A stretch of DNA of 64,000 bases from an uncultured virus (IMG/VR IMGVR_UViG_3300001460_000019) (taxonomy: Duplodnaviria; Heunggongvirae; Uroviricota; Caudoviricetes). Each line of letters begins with the position of its first letter. Position 1 is the stretch's first letter. Shown here piece after piece: positions 20,487-31,383 of this stretch. The stretch lies in the IMG/VR virus record IMGVR_UViG_3300001460_000019, positions 1 to 64,000 of that record, one strand, 5' to 3'. The notes beneath the pieces are model-generated. The model searched no databases. It saw only the letters and a program-made list of their open reading frames with translations, and was not told the origin of the DNA. Both the position numbers and the translations under genes were made by a program.

Positions 20487-21734
20487 ATGATTGATCTAAA
20501 AAACAATAAAACTTACTGTCCATACCTTTTTCGGGGTGCTGTCATGCAGGTTCCTGATAGCTCTATTGTTCCATGCTGTCGATATAAAGATGATTCATTA
20601 GAATATTCAAAGTCTTTTGATAATGGATACAATAAGATATGGGATACGTTAAGAAAAAAATCATTAGAAGGTAAACAAATTAAAGGATGTTGGAGATGTT
20701 ATCAAGATGAACAAGCTGGTATAAAATCAATGCGTGAAAGTGCTATTGATACAAATGGTGAAATAAGTTATGATTATAAACAAAACCCTAAATATGATGA
20801 AACACAGTTAGAGTTTCTTGAAATACAAACAGGTAGGTATTGTAATTTAAAATGTAGATCATGTGGACCAAAACTATCAACAACATGGGATGAAGATTTA
20901 GATAAAGATAGTGAACTAATAAAAAACTTTTTTGGAAATGAACACCACGAATATATTAATATAAAACAACTTCCAAAAACAAATCAATCGTTATCGACAA
21001 TATCATTTGATACAGTAAAACATTTAAAAAATGTAAAAGCAACAGGCGGTGAACCTTTTTTAAATGATCAATTTCAAACTTTTCTAGCTAATTTAGTTAA
21101 GTGGGATATAGCAAAAAATATACATTTAGAAGTTTTTACAAATTGTTCTTTCTTTCCAAAAGATCAATATAGAAAACTAATACCAAATTTTAAAAGTGCT
21201 AAAATAGATCTAAGTTTAGATGCAATTGAAAAACGAGCAGAGTTTTTAAGAAAAGGTTCGCAATGGGATAAGGTTACAGAATCAGCTACAAAGTGGGTAG
21301 ATGTAAGTCAACAGCATACAAACGTTTCAGTTGTAATTGGACATACCTTAACAATATATAATGTTTTGTATCTAAAAGAGTTTATTAATTGGATAGCTAA
21401 TTATTTTCCAAAAAGTATTATAACAAAAAACTTTTTAGATTTACATTTAGCACAAACACCACAGTATCTGTCATTATCAAATTTAAGTATATCTAATCAA
21501 TCTAAAATTAAAAATTTAGTATTACAACATAAAGATCAGTTATTGTTAACATATCAAAGTAATAAGGAATTAATATCTATTATAGAAAAAAGTTATGATA
21601 AAATATTAAAAGGATTAAATTATGCTTCTAGTGATCTGTCGACAGAGTTCTTTGAGAAAGCAAATCTAATTGATAGTGTTCGTAATGAGAATTGGCGTAC
21701 TACTTTTTTAGAACTATCAGAGGCATTGACATGA
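20487..21734 (+). CDS. radical SAM protein with N-terminal twitch/SPASM-like domain
   Basis: YCPY...PCC...CWRC; CNLKCRSC; GGEP. Confidence 0.9.
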   Translation: MIDLKNNKTYCPYLFRGAVMQVPDSSIVPCCRYKDDSLEYSKSFDNGYNKIWDTLRKKSLEGKQIKGCWRCYQDEQAGIKSMRESAIDTNGEISYDYKQNPKYDETQLEFLEIQTGRYCNLKCRSCGPKLSTTWDEDLDKDSELIKNFFGNEHHEYINIKQLPKTNQSLSTISFDTVKHLKNVKATGGEPFLNDQFQTFLANLVKWDIAKNIHLEVFTNCSFFPKDQYRKLIPNFKSAKIDLSLDAIEKRAEFLRKGSQWDKVTESATKWVDVSQQHTNVSVVIGHTLTIYNVLYLKEFINWIANYFPKSIITKNFLDLHLAQTPQYLSLSNLSISNQSKIKNLVLQHKDQLLLTYQSNKELISIIEKSYDKILKGLNYASSDLSTEFFEKANLIDSVRNENWRTTFLELSEALT

Positions 21735-22960
21735 GCAAACAATCAAATACATTTTGTATAATGCCATTTATACACATGAACCTAAAGCCAAAAGGCTTTG
21801 TAAGTGCTTGTTGGCGTAATCATGATTCGCTAGGACATTATGGAGATAAAACTTTAAAAGAAATATGGAACAATGACAACTATAAAAAAATACGTGATAA
21901 TTTAATGAATGGAGTACAGCATGACGGCTGTAAAAGTTGTTGGGATATGGAAAAAGCAAATGTCATATCAACTAGGCAACAATGTAATCAAGACTATGAA
22001 AAGCATATTCCTCAAGTATTAAAAGAAGTAAATGACGGTGAATTACCTATGAACGTTAAAACAATTGAATTACGTTTTGGTAATGTGTGTGATCTAAGAT
22101 GTAGACATTGTTCTTCGATATACAGTTCAACTTGGGCAGTAGCAGTTAACAAGCATGATGAGGTTAAACGTTTGTTTGACAAATATCAACTAACTGAAAC
22201 CAGCACATGGAGAGGCATAGCAAAATTACCTATAGAAACATTTAATCAAGTAGTAAATGACATAGGACCAAGAGTAGAAGAAATAATTATAGCAGGTGGC
22301 GAGCCTTTGATACAGCCACAGCATTATGATGCATTAGAAAAACTTTTACCCTATGCTCATAACATTACACTAGAATATAATACAAATTTAAACAATATAG
22401 TATTAAAGGATAAGCATATTAGTGACCTTTGGAGTAAATTTAAAAAGATAAACTGTCGTGTAAGTTTAGATGGTGATAAAAAAATACACAGCTATTTAAG
22501 AACAGGAAGTAATTTACAAGCAGTTGAAGATAATATAAAAACATTAAAATCTAAATTATCACAAGAAGTTTTTAATTTAACAACAACATGTACAGTTTCG
22601 TTGTACAATATTTCTAGATTTGATGATATTATTGATTATTATACATCTTTGGATTGTTCCTTTCATTGTAGTTTGGTACAATACCCAGAAGCTCTAAATA
22701 TTCAATATATACCAAAGAAAATGAAAGACATTATAACAAAAAGAGTTTATAATAAAATAGAAAGTTTAGAAAATATTAAGGAGAACCGTTTGGCCAAAAT
22801 AATTAAATGGTCAAACTATGTATTAGATTATATGAATAATACTGATATAAACAATGATACATTGCCAAAATCAACAAGGGAATATATTGAAACCATGGAT
22901 AGATTAAACAAAACTAATTTTCTAGAAGTGTATCCAGAATTTAAGGACTATTGGCAATGA
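21731..22960 (+). CDS. radical SAM protein with N-terminal twitch/SPASM-like domain
   Basis: FCIMPF...AC...CKSC; CDLRCRHC; GGEP; start at MSKQS overlaps the upstream stop. Confidence 0.9.
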   Translation: MSKQSNTFCIMPFIHMNLKPKGFVSACWRNHDSLGHYGDKTLKEIWNNDNYKKIRDNLMNGVQHDGCKSCWDMEKANVISTRQQCNQDYEKHIPQVLKEVNDGELPMNVKTIELRFGNVCDLRCRHCSSIYSSTWAVAVNKHDEVKRLFDKYQLTETSTWRGIAKLPIETFNQVVNDIGPRVEEIIIAGGEPLIQPQHYDALEKLLPYAHNITLEYNTNLNNIVLKDKHISDLWSKFKKINCRVSLDGDKKIHSYLRTGSNLQAVEDNIKTLKSKLSQEVFNLTTTCTVSLYNISRFDDIIDYYTSLDCSFHCSLVQYPEALNIQYIPKKMKDIITKRVYNKIESLENIKENRLAKIIKWSNYVLDYMNNTDINNDTLPKSTREYIETMDRLNKTNFLEVYPEFKDYWQ

Positions 22961-24117
22961 GTGATTTAAAATGGAGTGAATATGATTTTACACAAATTCC
23001 GTACAACAATCTCGTACGTGTTGGACAACGTACTATGCTTTACAGGGATCTTTTTACAGTCAGTTGGCTTCTTGGTAGGTTTTGTAATTACAGGTGTAGC
23101 TACTGTTGGCCGTATGCTAGAAGTGACAGAAAAGATCATAGGCCTACTGAGCTTTGTCTTGCTACCATTGACGAGATTAAAAGACAAGCAAGAGATAGAG
23201 GATTTAATAGTTTCCACTTCAGTCTTTCTGGAGGCGAGCCTACGTTTCATCCTGGTTACCTTGATATTCTTCAGCATCTTGCTGATGATACAAAAAACAC
23301 TAATTATACTTCTGTCCATATGACAAGTAATTGCAGTAGAAACATGAAATGGTTTGAACAATATGTTAAAGCAGTCGCACCGTTCCATAGAGCCAGTATC
23401 ACGGCTTCATACCACAGGGAACACGTTAACTCAAAAGAAAAAAGAGCAGATTTTGCCGATAAGTTATGCTTCGCACAAGAACACGATGTCCAAGTTACAA
23501 TTAACCAAGTTATGGTTCCAGAATGGTTTAATGAACTATACGAGGAATCATTATATTTCCACAATAGAGGTATTAACGTTACGCTCAAAGCTCAAAGCGA
23601 TCCAACAGCATCAGAAGTTGTCCATGGCTACACGAAAGAAATGCTTGACAAGTTACATAACGGAATGCCACAACGTGGATTTACTGAAGAAAAAAATCAA
23701 CATGTAAAAAGACCAAAGCCAACGTTTAAAATAGATGATGATCGTACTATGCAAAAACAAACATACTCGGAAGGAGTACCACAACACTTTCAAGTTGAAT
23801 TTAGAGACAAAGAAAACAATCCTTACTTTATGGATCAAGCAGAAAGATTTAACGCATTTAATTTTAATAAATTTGAAGGATGGGAATGCTCGTCAGGGTA
23901 TAGATCAATTATTATTAGAGAACCAGATGGTAGTATAAAAAGAAGTTACAGTTGTCACGATAAGCCTCTTGGAAATATTGAAACAGGATTTAAACTATTT
24001 GATAAGCCACAGACTTGTATTTCACAAAGCTGTGTATCAAGTGCTGATTCAAAAATACCAAAGAGAGCCAAAGGAACTAAATTACCATTATGGCCAGGAG
24101 ATAAAACATACGAATGA
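22957..24117 (+). CDS. radical SAM protein
   Basis: CNYRCSYC, GGEPT, C-terminal Cys cluster. Confidence 0.9.
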   Translation: MSDLKWSEYDFTQIPYNNLVRVGQRTMLYRDLFTVSWLLGRFCNYRCSYCWPYARSDRKDHRPTELCLATIDEIKRQARDRGFNSFHFSLSGGEPTFHPGYLDILQHLADDTKNTNYTSVHMTSNCSRNMKWFEQYVKAVAPFHRASITASYHREHVNSKEKRADFADKLCFAQEHDVQVTINQVMVPEWFNELYEESLYFHNRGINVTLKAQSDPTASEVVHGYTKEMLDKLHNGMPQRGFTEEKNQHVKRPKPTFKIDDDRTMQKQTYSEGVPQHFQVEFRDKENNPYFMDQAERFNAFNFNKFEGWECSSGYRSIIIREPDGSIKRSYSCHDKPLGNIETGFKLFDKPQTCISQSCVSSADSKIPKRAKGTKLPLWPGDKTYE

Positions 24118-24776
24118 GTAAAAACAGTTTATACAGAGATCTAATAACATTTGGAGCACAGTATCCTTTAAAACTTCGTATGAAGGATTCTTCTGCATTT
24201 ATTGATTGGACTGAAAAACAGTTTGATTATGTACAGTATAATCCAAGAAAAAGTTATCCTAGAGAAGGTTTAAGTATTACAAGTTTAGATGGCGGACTAT
24301 CTGGTAGACCAGATTTAGATAGTGTATATGAATATAATAAAGAAAATGGAACAGAGTGGACCGAAAGAGACTTTAAAACACCAACGCCGGTATTTGATTG
24401 GCAGTCATTACAAGAATGTTTAGAACCATTTAAAGGACATATATTTAGAACACATATTTTAAAATTAAACACAGGTGGATTTTTTCCTCCACATAGAGAT
24501 CATCCAGATGAATATGATTTTCATCAATCAAATAAATTAATTTTTGATACATTTAGATTAATAATGCCGTTAAAGAATTGTGACACTCCTGGTATGACAT
24601 TTATATTAGAAGATAAAGTTTTACAATGGCAACAAGGAATCTTATATTTTGTTGATACTGCTAAAATGCATTATCTTTTTAATACAACACCTGATCCTGC
24701 GTATTGGTTAGTTGTTAATGTTGATGTAAATGAAGAAACACTTGCAGGTGTGTGTAAAAATATGAAGCAAAGGTAG
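24114..24776 (+). CDS. Asp/Asn beta-hydroxylase-like Fe(II)/2OG oxygenase
   Basis: GGFFPPHRD...DTAKMH. Confidence 0.75.
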   Translation: MSKNSLYRDLITFGAQYPLKLRMKDSSAFIDWTEKQFDYVQYNPRKSYPREGLSITSLDGGLSGRPDLDSVYEYNKENGTEWTERDFKTPTPVFDWQSLQECLEPFKGHIFRTHILKLNTGGFFPPHRDHPDEYDFHQSNKLIFDTFRLIMPLKNCDTPGMTFILEDKVLQWQQGILYFVDTAKMHYLFNTTPDPAYWLVVNVDVNEETLAGVCKNMKQR

Positions 24777-24778
24777 AT

Positions 24779-25645
24779 ATGAAAATAACAAACGAAACAT
24801 TTGGTAAAAGTAAAGCAATACATTCACCAACCGATATGGCTATTAAAACTATGCTATCTAGTACATATGGTTCTTATATTGAAAGTACAAACGAGAATGA
24901 TAAAACACCATCTGTAAAAAGACGTGTACGTTGGGAAAACTGTCAAAATCAAATTAGAAATTATTTAAATCCGCTTATTGACTTATCGGAACTAAGATGG
25001 GGGTATCCTACAAATGGTATACATGAAAGTATTGATTGGATGTGTAATAAAGTTACGCAGTATCAAGTATTTGAAGGAGAATATAGATACCCAACATTTA
25101 TAAAAAAACCAGTACATGTTGCTAAATCTGTTAATGACTTATTATCTAGTGTACCTTTGTATATGAGTAATCCATTTAGTGCAACAGGAAACTTTGATAA
25201 AAGATATGATGAAGTTGGTGAAAGACAACAATGCCCAATATATTTAGATTTAGCATTTGCTGGAACCACAGGACCACATAAAATAAAATTATATGAAAAT
25301 GTTAAAGAAGTATTTTGGAGTTGTTCAAAACCATATGGGCTTGGATTATTAAGAGCAGGTGTACGTTTTGTTAGAGAACCAGAATTAGTACAACAAGAAT
25401 TGCAAGGAGTTGGATATTTTAACCATGCAATAATTGATGTATTTAGAGCGGTAATAATAAGTAGTAGTGTGTTTGCAAAAAAAGAAGAATATAACAAAAT
25501 GCAACAAACATTATGTAAACAATTTAACTTACAACCAAGTGATTCATATCTGTTAGGAACTACAACAGATGCTGAATGGGATAGATTTAAAAGAGAAAAT
25601 GGTATAAACCGAGTGTGCTTAACACCAGCATATGAAAGGATTTAA
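24779..25645 (+). CDS. PLP-dependent aminotransferase-fold protein
   Basis: SNP...TG, LDLAF, SCSKPYGL..LRAG (PLP-lysine motif). Confidence 0.7.
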   Translation: MKITNETFGKSKAIHSPTDMAIKTMLSSTYGSYIESTNENDKTPSVKRRVRWENCQNQIRNYLNPLIDLSELRWGYPTNGIHESIDWMCNKVTQYQVFEGEYRYPTFIKKPVHVAKSVNDLLSSVPLYMSNPFSATGNFDKRYDEVGERQQCPIYLDLAFAGTTGPHKIKLYENVKEVFWSCSKPYGLGLLRAGVRFVREPELVQQELQGVGYFNHAIIDVFRAVIISSSVFAKKEEYNKMQQTLCKQFNLQPSDSYLLGTTTDAEWDRFKRENGINRVCLTPAYERI

Positions 25646-25647
25646 TT

Positions 25648-26010
25648 GTGTACAATAGTAAAAAACCAACAGCACAAATGCTAGGAAGATTTCAACCATG
25701 GCATGATGGGCATACAGCTTTATTTAAAAAAGCAATGAATGAAACTGGGCAAGTGGTAATAATGATACGTGATATGGAAGTTAATAACAGTAATCCATAT
25801 GCAGGAGGTCAGGTTGGTTTAAAAATACAAGAGCATTTATCAAAAGAAGGATACGTATTTAAACACGATTATGATATTATTAGTGTTCCGAATATTGTAG
25901 ATATTAGTTATGGAAGAGATGTAGGATATACGTTTACTAAACATGACCTTGGTGAAGAAATTCATAAAATTAGTGCTACACAAATAAGAAAAGGATATTT
26001 AAAAGAATGA
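25648..26010 (+). CDS. cytidylyltransferase-like nucleotidyltransferase
   Basis: GRFQPWHDGH, ISATQIR. Confidence 0.8.
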   Translation: MYNSKKPTAQMLGRFQPWHDGHTALFKKAMNETGQVVIMIRDMEVNNSNPYAGGQVGLKIQEHLSKEGYVFKHDYDIISVPNIVDISYGRDVGYTFTKHDLGEEIHKISATQIRKGYLKE

Positions 26011-26525
26011 AAGTAGCAATTACTGGACACACAAAAAGAATTGGTAAGGCAATCTATGATGCATTTCCAAATAGTATTGGATTAAGTAAATCACAAGGAT
26101 TTGATATTACTGATAAAAATTCAAGAACTAAAATAGTTCATGCTATTAATGATTGTGATGTGTTTATTAATAATGCACATGAAGGATTTGGACAAGTAGA
26201 ATTGTTAAATGATGTTTTTACAGCATGGAAAGATTATAGCAAATTAATAATTAACATTGGTGTTGATACAGTTCCTTATAGTAACTGGCAAGTAGTGCAC
26301 CAGCAATATCCTGTAGAGAAAGTTGCATTACATTCGCAAGTTGAATTGTTACACAATCAACAACGTAAATGTAAAATTACAACACTAGGACTAGGGTATG
26401 TTGATACAGAATTTAACAAAGACTATGATGGAGCAAAGCTGTCATATAAAGATATAGTTGAAACAATAAAATGGATTATTGATCAATCATATGAAGTAAA
26501 ACAATTAATGGTGAGTGCAAAATGA
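26007..26525 (+). CDS. short-chain dehydrogenase/reductase
   Basis: TGHTKRIG, INNA, YPVEK, GYVDT. Confidence 0.75.
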   Translation: MKVAITGHTKRIGKAIYDAFPNSIGLSKSQGFDITDKNSRTKIVHAINDCDVFINNAHEGFGQVELLNDVFTAWKDYSKLIINIGVDTVPYSNWQVVHQQYPVEKVALHSQVELLHNQQRKCKITTLGLGYVDTEFNKDYDGAKLSYKDIVETIKWIIDQSYEVKQLMVSAK

Positions 26526-28006
26526 TAACTTGGGGTATATGTGGTTTAGGTCATGATGGATCTTTATCTGTAATAAAAGACAATCAAATAGTATTTGCTG
26601 GTCATACAGAAAGATACACAAGAATAAAAAATGATCCTTACTTGTGCGATGAAATAATAAATGAAGCATTAGAACATGGTGATCCAGATAAGGTTATATG
26701 GCATGAAAGACCTTGGCTAAAAAAACGTAGACAAATGGTTTCTGGGCAATGGAATGAATTATTTCAAACGTCTAACTTACCATCACAATATATGAAACAG
26801 TTCCAACATATGGTACCACATAAGTTAGAATATGTAGAACATCATAAAGCACACGCGGCCGCAGGAGCATATACATCACCTTACAATAGTGCCTGTGTTA
26901 TTGTTGCTGATGCTATTGGAGAGTTTGATACTATGTCAATATGGGAATATACAGCACCAAACGGATTAAAAAGATTAAAGACATACCAATATCCACACTC
27001 GTTGGGGTTATTGTATTCAGCATTCACACAAAGAGTTGGATTAAAAGCAAACGAAGAAGAATACATTTTAATGGGCATGGCGGCCTATGGAGAACCAAAG
27101 TATGCAAAAGATATTGAAAAGCATTTCTTTGATAAAAAAGATCCTTTGAAACTAACAATGAATGTTCATGCAGGTATTGAGGAATGGATGGCACACATGC
27201 CGTTGATTGATCATCAGTTTTCATATGACGTTGCGGCATCAATTCAACAAGTTATTGAAAAGAAAATTCTTACACTATTTGAAATAGCACGTTCATATAG
27301 TTCACAAAAAAACATTGTATGGATGGGAGGAGTTGCACTTAATTGTGTAGCTAATTCATTAATGTATAATAAAAATCCAAATATATGGATTATGCCTAAC
27401 CCAGGCGACGCAGGTAATTCATTAGGAGCCGCGGCAATAGGTTATGGCGATAAGTTAGATTGGCAAGGACCTTTCTTAGGTACAAATATTGAAGGTGATT
27501 ATCCTGTAGATTCTGCCTGTGATGCATTATTAAATGGAAATATTATTGGTGTAGCAAGTGGCAAAGCAGAGTTTGGACCAAGAGCATTAGGTAATAGAAG
27601 TCTACTTGCTGATCCTCGAGGCACTGAAATAAAAGATAGAGTAAATGACATTAAAAAAAGACAAAAGTTTAGACCATTTGCTCCTGCTATTCTTGAAGAA
27701 CATGTTCATCAATATTTTACAATGCCAGGAGGTATTACAGAATCACCATATATGCAGGCAGTTGCTATATGTAGAAAGCCACAAGAGTTTCCAGCAATAA
27801 TACATGCTGATGGTACTTCTCGTGTACAAACAGTAACACAAAAAGAAGCACCAGGATTTTATAATTTAATTAAAAAGTTCTATGATCAAACAGGATGTCC
27901 AATATTATTAAACACTAGCCTAAATATTAAAGGTGAACCGTTAGTAAACACAAGACAACATGCAGACGCATTTGAACAACAACATAAAGTGAGGGTATAT
28001 TCATGA
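26522..28006 (+). CDS. carbamoyltransferase (NodU/CmcH family)
   Basis: HD.S, ER.TR.K, HH.AHA, MGMAAYG, GGVALN, EFGPRALGNRS, LNTSLN. Confidence 0.92.
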   Translation: MITWGICGLGHDGSLSVIKDNQIVFAGHTERYTRIKNDPYLCDEIINEALEHGDPDKVIWHERPWLKKRRQMVSGQWNELFQTSNLPSQYMKQFQHMVPHKLEYVEHHKAHAAAGAYTSPYNSACVIVADAIGEFDTMSIWEYTAPNGLKRLKTYQYPHSLGLLYSAFTQRVGLKANEEEYILMGMAAYGEPKYAKDIEKHFFDKKDPLKLTMNVHAGIEEWMAHMPLIDHQFSYDVAASIQQVIEKKILTLFEIARSYSSQKNIVWMGGVALNCVANSLMYNKNPNIWIMPNPGDAGNSLGAAAIGYGDKLDWQGPFLGTNIEGDYPVDSACDALLNGNIIGVASGKAEFGPRALGNRSLLADPRGTEIKDRVNDIKKRQKFRPFAPAILEEHVHQYFTMPGGITESPYMQAVAICRKPQEFPAIIHADGTSRVQTVTQKEAPGFYNLIKKFYDQTGCPILLNTSLNIKGEPLVNTRQHADAFEQQHKVRVYS

Positions 28007-29217
28007 AACCAAAAAATACAAAAGTCGCAATGATAGGTTGCGGTAAACTAGGACAAGACTGTGCAGAAGTTATGGCACAACAATATATGGTTGAAGGCTA
28101 CGATGTAGAACCAAGAACACCAGAAAATTTTGCAATGAAGACATCAATTTCTGAAACAGTAAAAGACAAAGATATTGTTTTTATTGCGGCGCCAACACCA
28201 CATGATCCACGTTATGATGGGTCAACACCAACAGCACACTTAGAGCCAAAAGATTTTGATTATACAATTGTAAAAAATATTTTAAAAGAAGTTAATAAGG
28301 TTGTTAACAAAAAACAATTAGTAGTTCTTATATCAACAGTACTACCAGGTACAACAAGACGTGAGCTTGAACCTTTAATTACAAATGCACGTTTTGTTTA
28401 TAACCCGTACCTAATTGCAATGGGGTCAGTAAAATGGGATATGGTAAATCCAGAAATGATTATGATTGGTACTGAAGATGGATCAAAAACTGGTGATGCA
28501 AAAGAGCTTATAGATTTTTATAAACCAATGATGCAGAATAGTCCTAGATATGTAGTTGGTACTTGGGATGAATGTGAATCAATTAAAATTTTTTACAACA
28601 CCTTTATTTCAGCAAAGATTGGTTTAGTAAATATGATTCAAGACGTAGCAGAAAAACAGGGTAATATTAATGTTGATGTAGTAACATCTGCACTTGCATA
28701 TTCTGATATGCGTATTATGGGTCCAAAATATATGACAGCAGGTATGGGCGATGGCGGTGCTTGTCACCCACGTGATAACATTGCATTACGTTGGATGGCA
28801 GACCATCTAGGCTTAGGTTACGATTTGTTTGATGCTATTATGGGTGCTAGAGAAATACAAGCAGAAAATCTTGCTAAAAAATTAATGTCGTATAACTTAC
28901 CAATTGTGATTGTAGGTAAAGCATATAAGCCTCACGTGCCTTACACTAATGGATCATATAGTTTGCTTATTGGACATTACATTGAAAAAGCAGGTAGAAC
29001 ATTATATTATAAAGATGAGCATACAGGTGATCAGCCACCAAAAGATTTAGGTAACGCAGTTTATCTACTTGCACATAATCCAAACGTAACATACGGTACA
29101 GATGACACTTCTAAATATGATTTTCCAAAAGGATCAATTATTGTTGACCCGTGGAGACAATGTCCACAGTTAGAAGGTTGCACAGTAATTGAGTATGGTA
29201 ACACAAGGAACGTATAA
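28003..29217 (+). CDS. UDP-glucose/GDP-mannose dehydrogenase family
   Basis: GCGKLG, STVLPG, K...N.F, GGACHPRD. Confidence 0.88.
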   Translation: MKPKNTKVAMIGCGKLGQDCAEVMAQQYMVEGYDVEPRTPENFAMKTSISETVKDKDIVFIAAPTPHDPRYDGSTPTAHLEPKDFDYTIVKNILKEVNKVVNKKQLVVLISTVLPGTTRRELEPLITNARFVYNPYLIAMGSVKWDMVNPEMIMIGTEDGSKTGDAKELIDFYKPMMQNSPRYVVGTWDECESIKIFYNTFISAKIGLVNMIQDVAEKQGNINVDVVTSALAYSDMRIMGPKYMTAGMGDGGACHPRDNIALRWMADHLGLGYDLFDAIMGAREIQAENLAKKLMSYNLPIVIVGKAYKPHVPYTNGSYSLLIGHYIEKAGRTLYYKDEHTGDQPPKDLGNAVYLLAHNPNVTYGTDDTSKYDFPKGSIIVDPWRQCPQLEGCTVIEYGNTRNV

Positions 29218-29979
29218 ATGGCAGTTAATAAAGAAACAGTAACTTGGGTTAAACACTGGAACGATAAAACGTTTTCATTTAAAACTACAAGAAACTATCC
29301 AAACAAATTTAATAACGGTGAGTTTGCAATGATAGGTATGGAGCATGAAGGTAAAAAATTAATGAGAGCATACTCAATTGCATCAGCCAATCATGAAGAT
29401 TATTTAGAATTCCTATCTATTAAAATAAATGATGGACCATTAACATCAAAACTACAACATATTAAAGAAGGTGATGAGATACTAATTAATCCTAGATCAA
29501 CAGGTACACTTGTAATTGATTACCTATTACCTGGTCGTAATTTATACTTGATTGCAACAGGTACAGGTCTTGCACCATTTCTAGGAATAATAAAAGATCC
29601 TGCGACATATGAACGTTTTGAAAAAGTTATCTTAACTCATACAGTACAGTATGAAAACGAGTTAGCATATCATGAGCCTCTTAATTGGTTTAATGAAGAA
29701 TGGAAAGAATTAACACTAGGAAACTTTAAGTATTTCAATACACTAACGCAACAAGACTGGCCACGCAAAGGTAGAATTACTGAATGGATAAAGAATAATA
29801 AATTGTTTTCTGAGACTGCTGGACAAAGTTTAGATACAAAAGAAGATAGATTTATGATATGTGGATCGCAAGGTCTTAACAAAGATTTAATTGAACATTT
29901 TGAGTCTTTAGGTATGCAGGAAGGTAACACATCCATTCCAGGACAATTTGTAGTAGAGAAGGCATTTGTGCAAAGATGA
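29218..29979 (+). CDS. fpr: ferredoxin (flavodoxin)-NADP+ reductase
   Basis: RAYSIAS, GPLTS.L, ATGTGLAPF, MICG, VEKAF. Confidence 0.9.
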   Translation: MAVNKETVTWVKHWNDKTFSFKTTRNYPNKFNNGEFAMIGMEHEGKKLMRAYSIASANHEDYLEFLSIKINDGPLTSKLQHIKEGDEILINPRSTGTLVIDYLLPGRNLYLIATGTGLAPFLGIIKDPATYERFEKVILTHTVQYENELAYHEPLNWFNEEWKELTLGNFKYFNTLTQQDWPRKGRITEWIKNNKLFSETAGQSLDTKEDRFMICGSQGLNKDLIEHFESLGMQEGNTSIPGQFVVEKAFVQR

Positions 29980-30641
29980 TAGTATTCACTCCTTTAGATA
30001 TACCACCAATTCCAAACAAACAATCGATACTAGATAATTTCATCGGTGGAGAAAAGTTTGCATGGTGGAAAGAAGAAACACTATTAGGGGTAAAAGATCT
30101 TTCCAAACCATTTGGTGAAATGCAGGAATGGAATGCTTCTGCTAAACAAAAGTATCCAGAATTACTAAATTGGATAGATACATACTTTCCATTTGAATAT
30201 AAATTTTACGTAAGAATAGCACGGTCAACAGGGAATGTTGCTCCACATGTGGACGGTAATTATGTTAAAGCACCACACCCACATCATATGACAATTACTC
30301 AAGAAATGTTTGATCATCAACGAGCAAATGAACCTATAGGATATAGATTTGTAGTAAGCGGATCACGTGATAGCTTGTATATGTGCAAAGAATATGATTA
30401 TAGTCAAGATATGAGTAATCAGCTTAAACATTTTTGTACAATACCAGAAGAAACAGATGCGTTTTTAATTAATAATTGTACACAGCCACACGGTGTTGAT
30501 GTACAAGAAGGTATCGATGACGATCGTATAGTTGGGTTTGTACTAGGAAAAGTGATTAAATCAGAACATCAAAACCTAATAAAGCAAAGTGCGAATAAAT
30601 ACAATACACAGGTTATAAAAAAGAATGAGCTACGAGTATAA
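29976..30641 (+). CDS. Fe(II)/2OG-type cupin oxygenase
   Basis: PHVD...PHGV...R. Confidence 0.6.
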   Translation: MIVFTPLDIPPIPNKQSILDNFIGGEKFAWWKEETLLGVKDLSKPFGEMQEWNASAKQKYPELLNWIDTYFPFEYKFYVRIARSTGNVAPHVDGNYVKAPHPHHMTITQEMFDHQRANEPIGYRFVVSGSRDSLYMCKEYDYSQDMSNQLKHFCTIPEETDAFLINNCTQPHGVDVQEGIDDDRIVGFVLGKVIKSEHQNLIKQSANKYNTQVIKKNELRV

Positions 30642-31383
30642 ATTAAAACTAATTTTATTAACTAACCACTTACTGCTTATAGTAGGGTTATTATACGCAG
30701 ATCTAAGCTGGCTATGGCTATCTCTTATTGGCTGGATTATGTTTGGTAAAGTCGGTGGAGAAATAGCTTTACATAGATACCTATCACATAAAAGTTTTGA
30801 AACATCTTATTGGAAATCAAGAATGTTAATCATATTAAGTATGTTTAACTGTTTTGGATCACCAATTGCTTGGTGTGGTGTACACAGAAAGCATCATGCA
30901 GTTCCTGAAACTAAAGAAGATCCACATGGTGGTCAACCAGCATGGAGAATATGGACAACTTTTTGGGAACCATTTACAATTGAAACAAAATTTGTAAAAG
31001 ATTTAATTAAAGATAAATGGATTAAATTTATACATCAACATTACTTAAAGTTATTACTATGTTCTTATGGAGCCATTGCTTTAGTTGATTGGCGTATTGC
31101 AGTATTTTTAATATCAATTCCAGCAGTGATAACTTTTCATAGTGCTGGTGCTGTTAATGTATTGTGTCATAAATGGGGTTATAGATTATTTAATACACCT
31201 GATGGTAGTACAAATAATACATGGGTAAATCTAATAACACTTGGTAGTGGACTACACAATACACATCATCAAAAACCACAGAGTTGGACGAATAAAGAAA
31301 AATGGTGGGAAATAGATTTTCCAGGATGGGTTATAAAAACTTTTTTATTAGATAAGAGGTATAAGGATGAAGAAGGACTATAA
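30625..31383 (+). CDS. membrane fatty acid desaturase
   Basis: HRYLSH, HRKHH, HNTHH. Confidence 0.88.
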   Translation: MSYEYKLKLILLTNHLLLIVGLLYADLSWLWLSLIGWIMFGKVGGEIALHRYLSHKSFETSYWKSRMLIILSMFNCFGSPIAWCGVHRKHHAVPETKEDPHGGQPAWRIWTTFWEPFTIETKFVKDLIKDKWIKFIHQHYLKLLLCSYGAIALVDWRIAVFLISIPAVITFHSAGAVNVLCHKWGYRLFNTPDGSTNNTWVNLITLGSGLHNTHHQKPQSWTNKEKWWEIDFPGWVIKTFLLDKRYKDEEGL

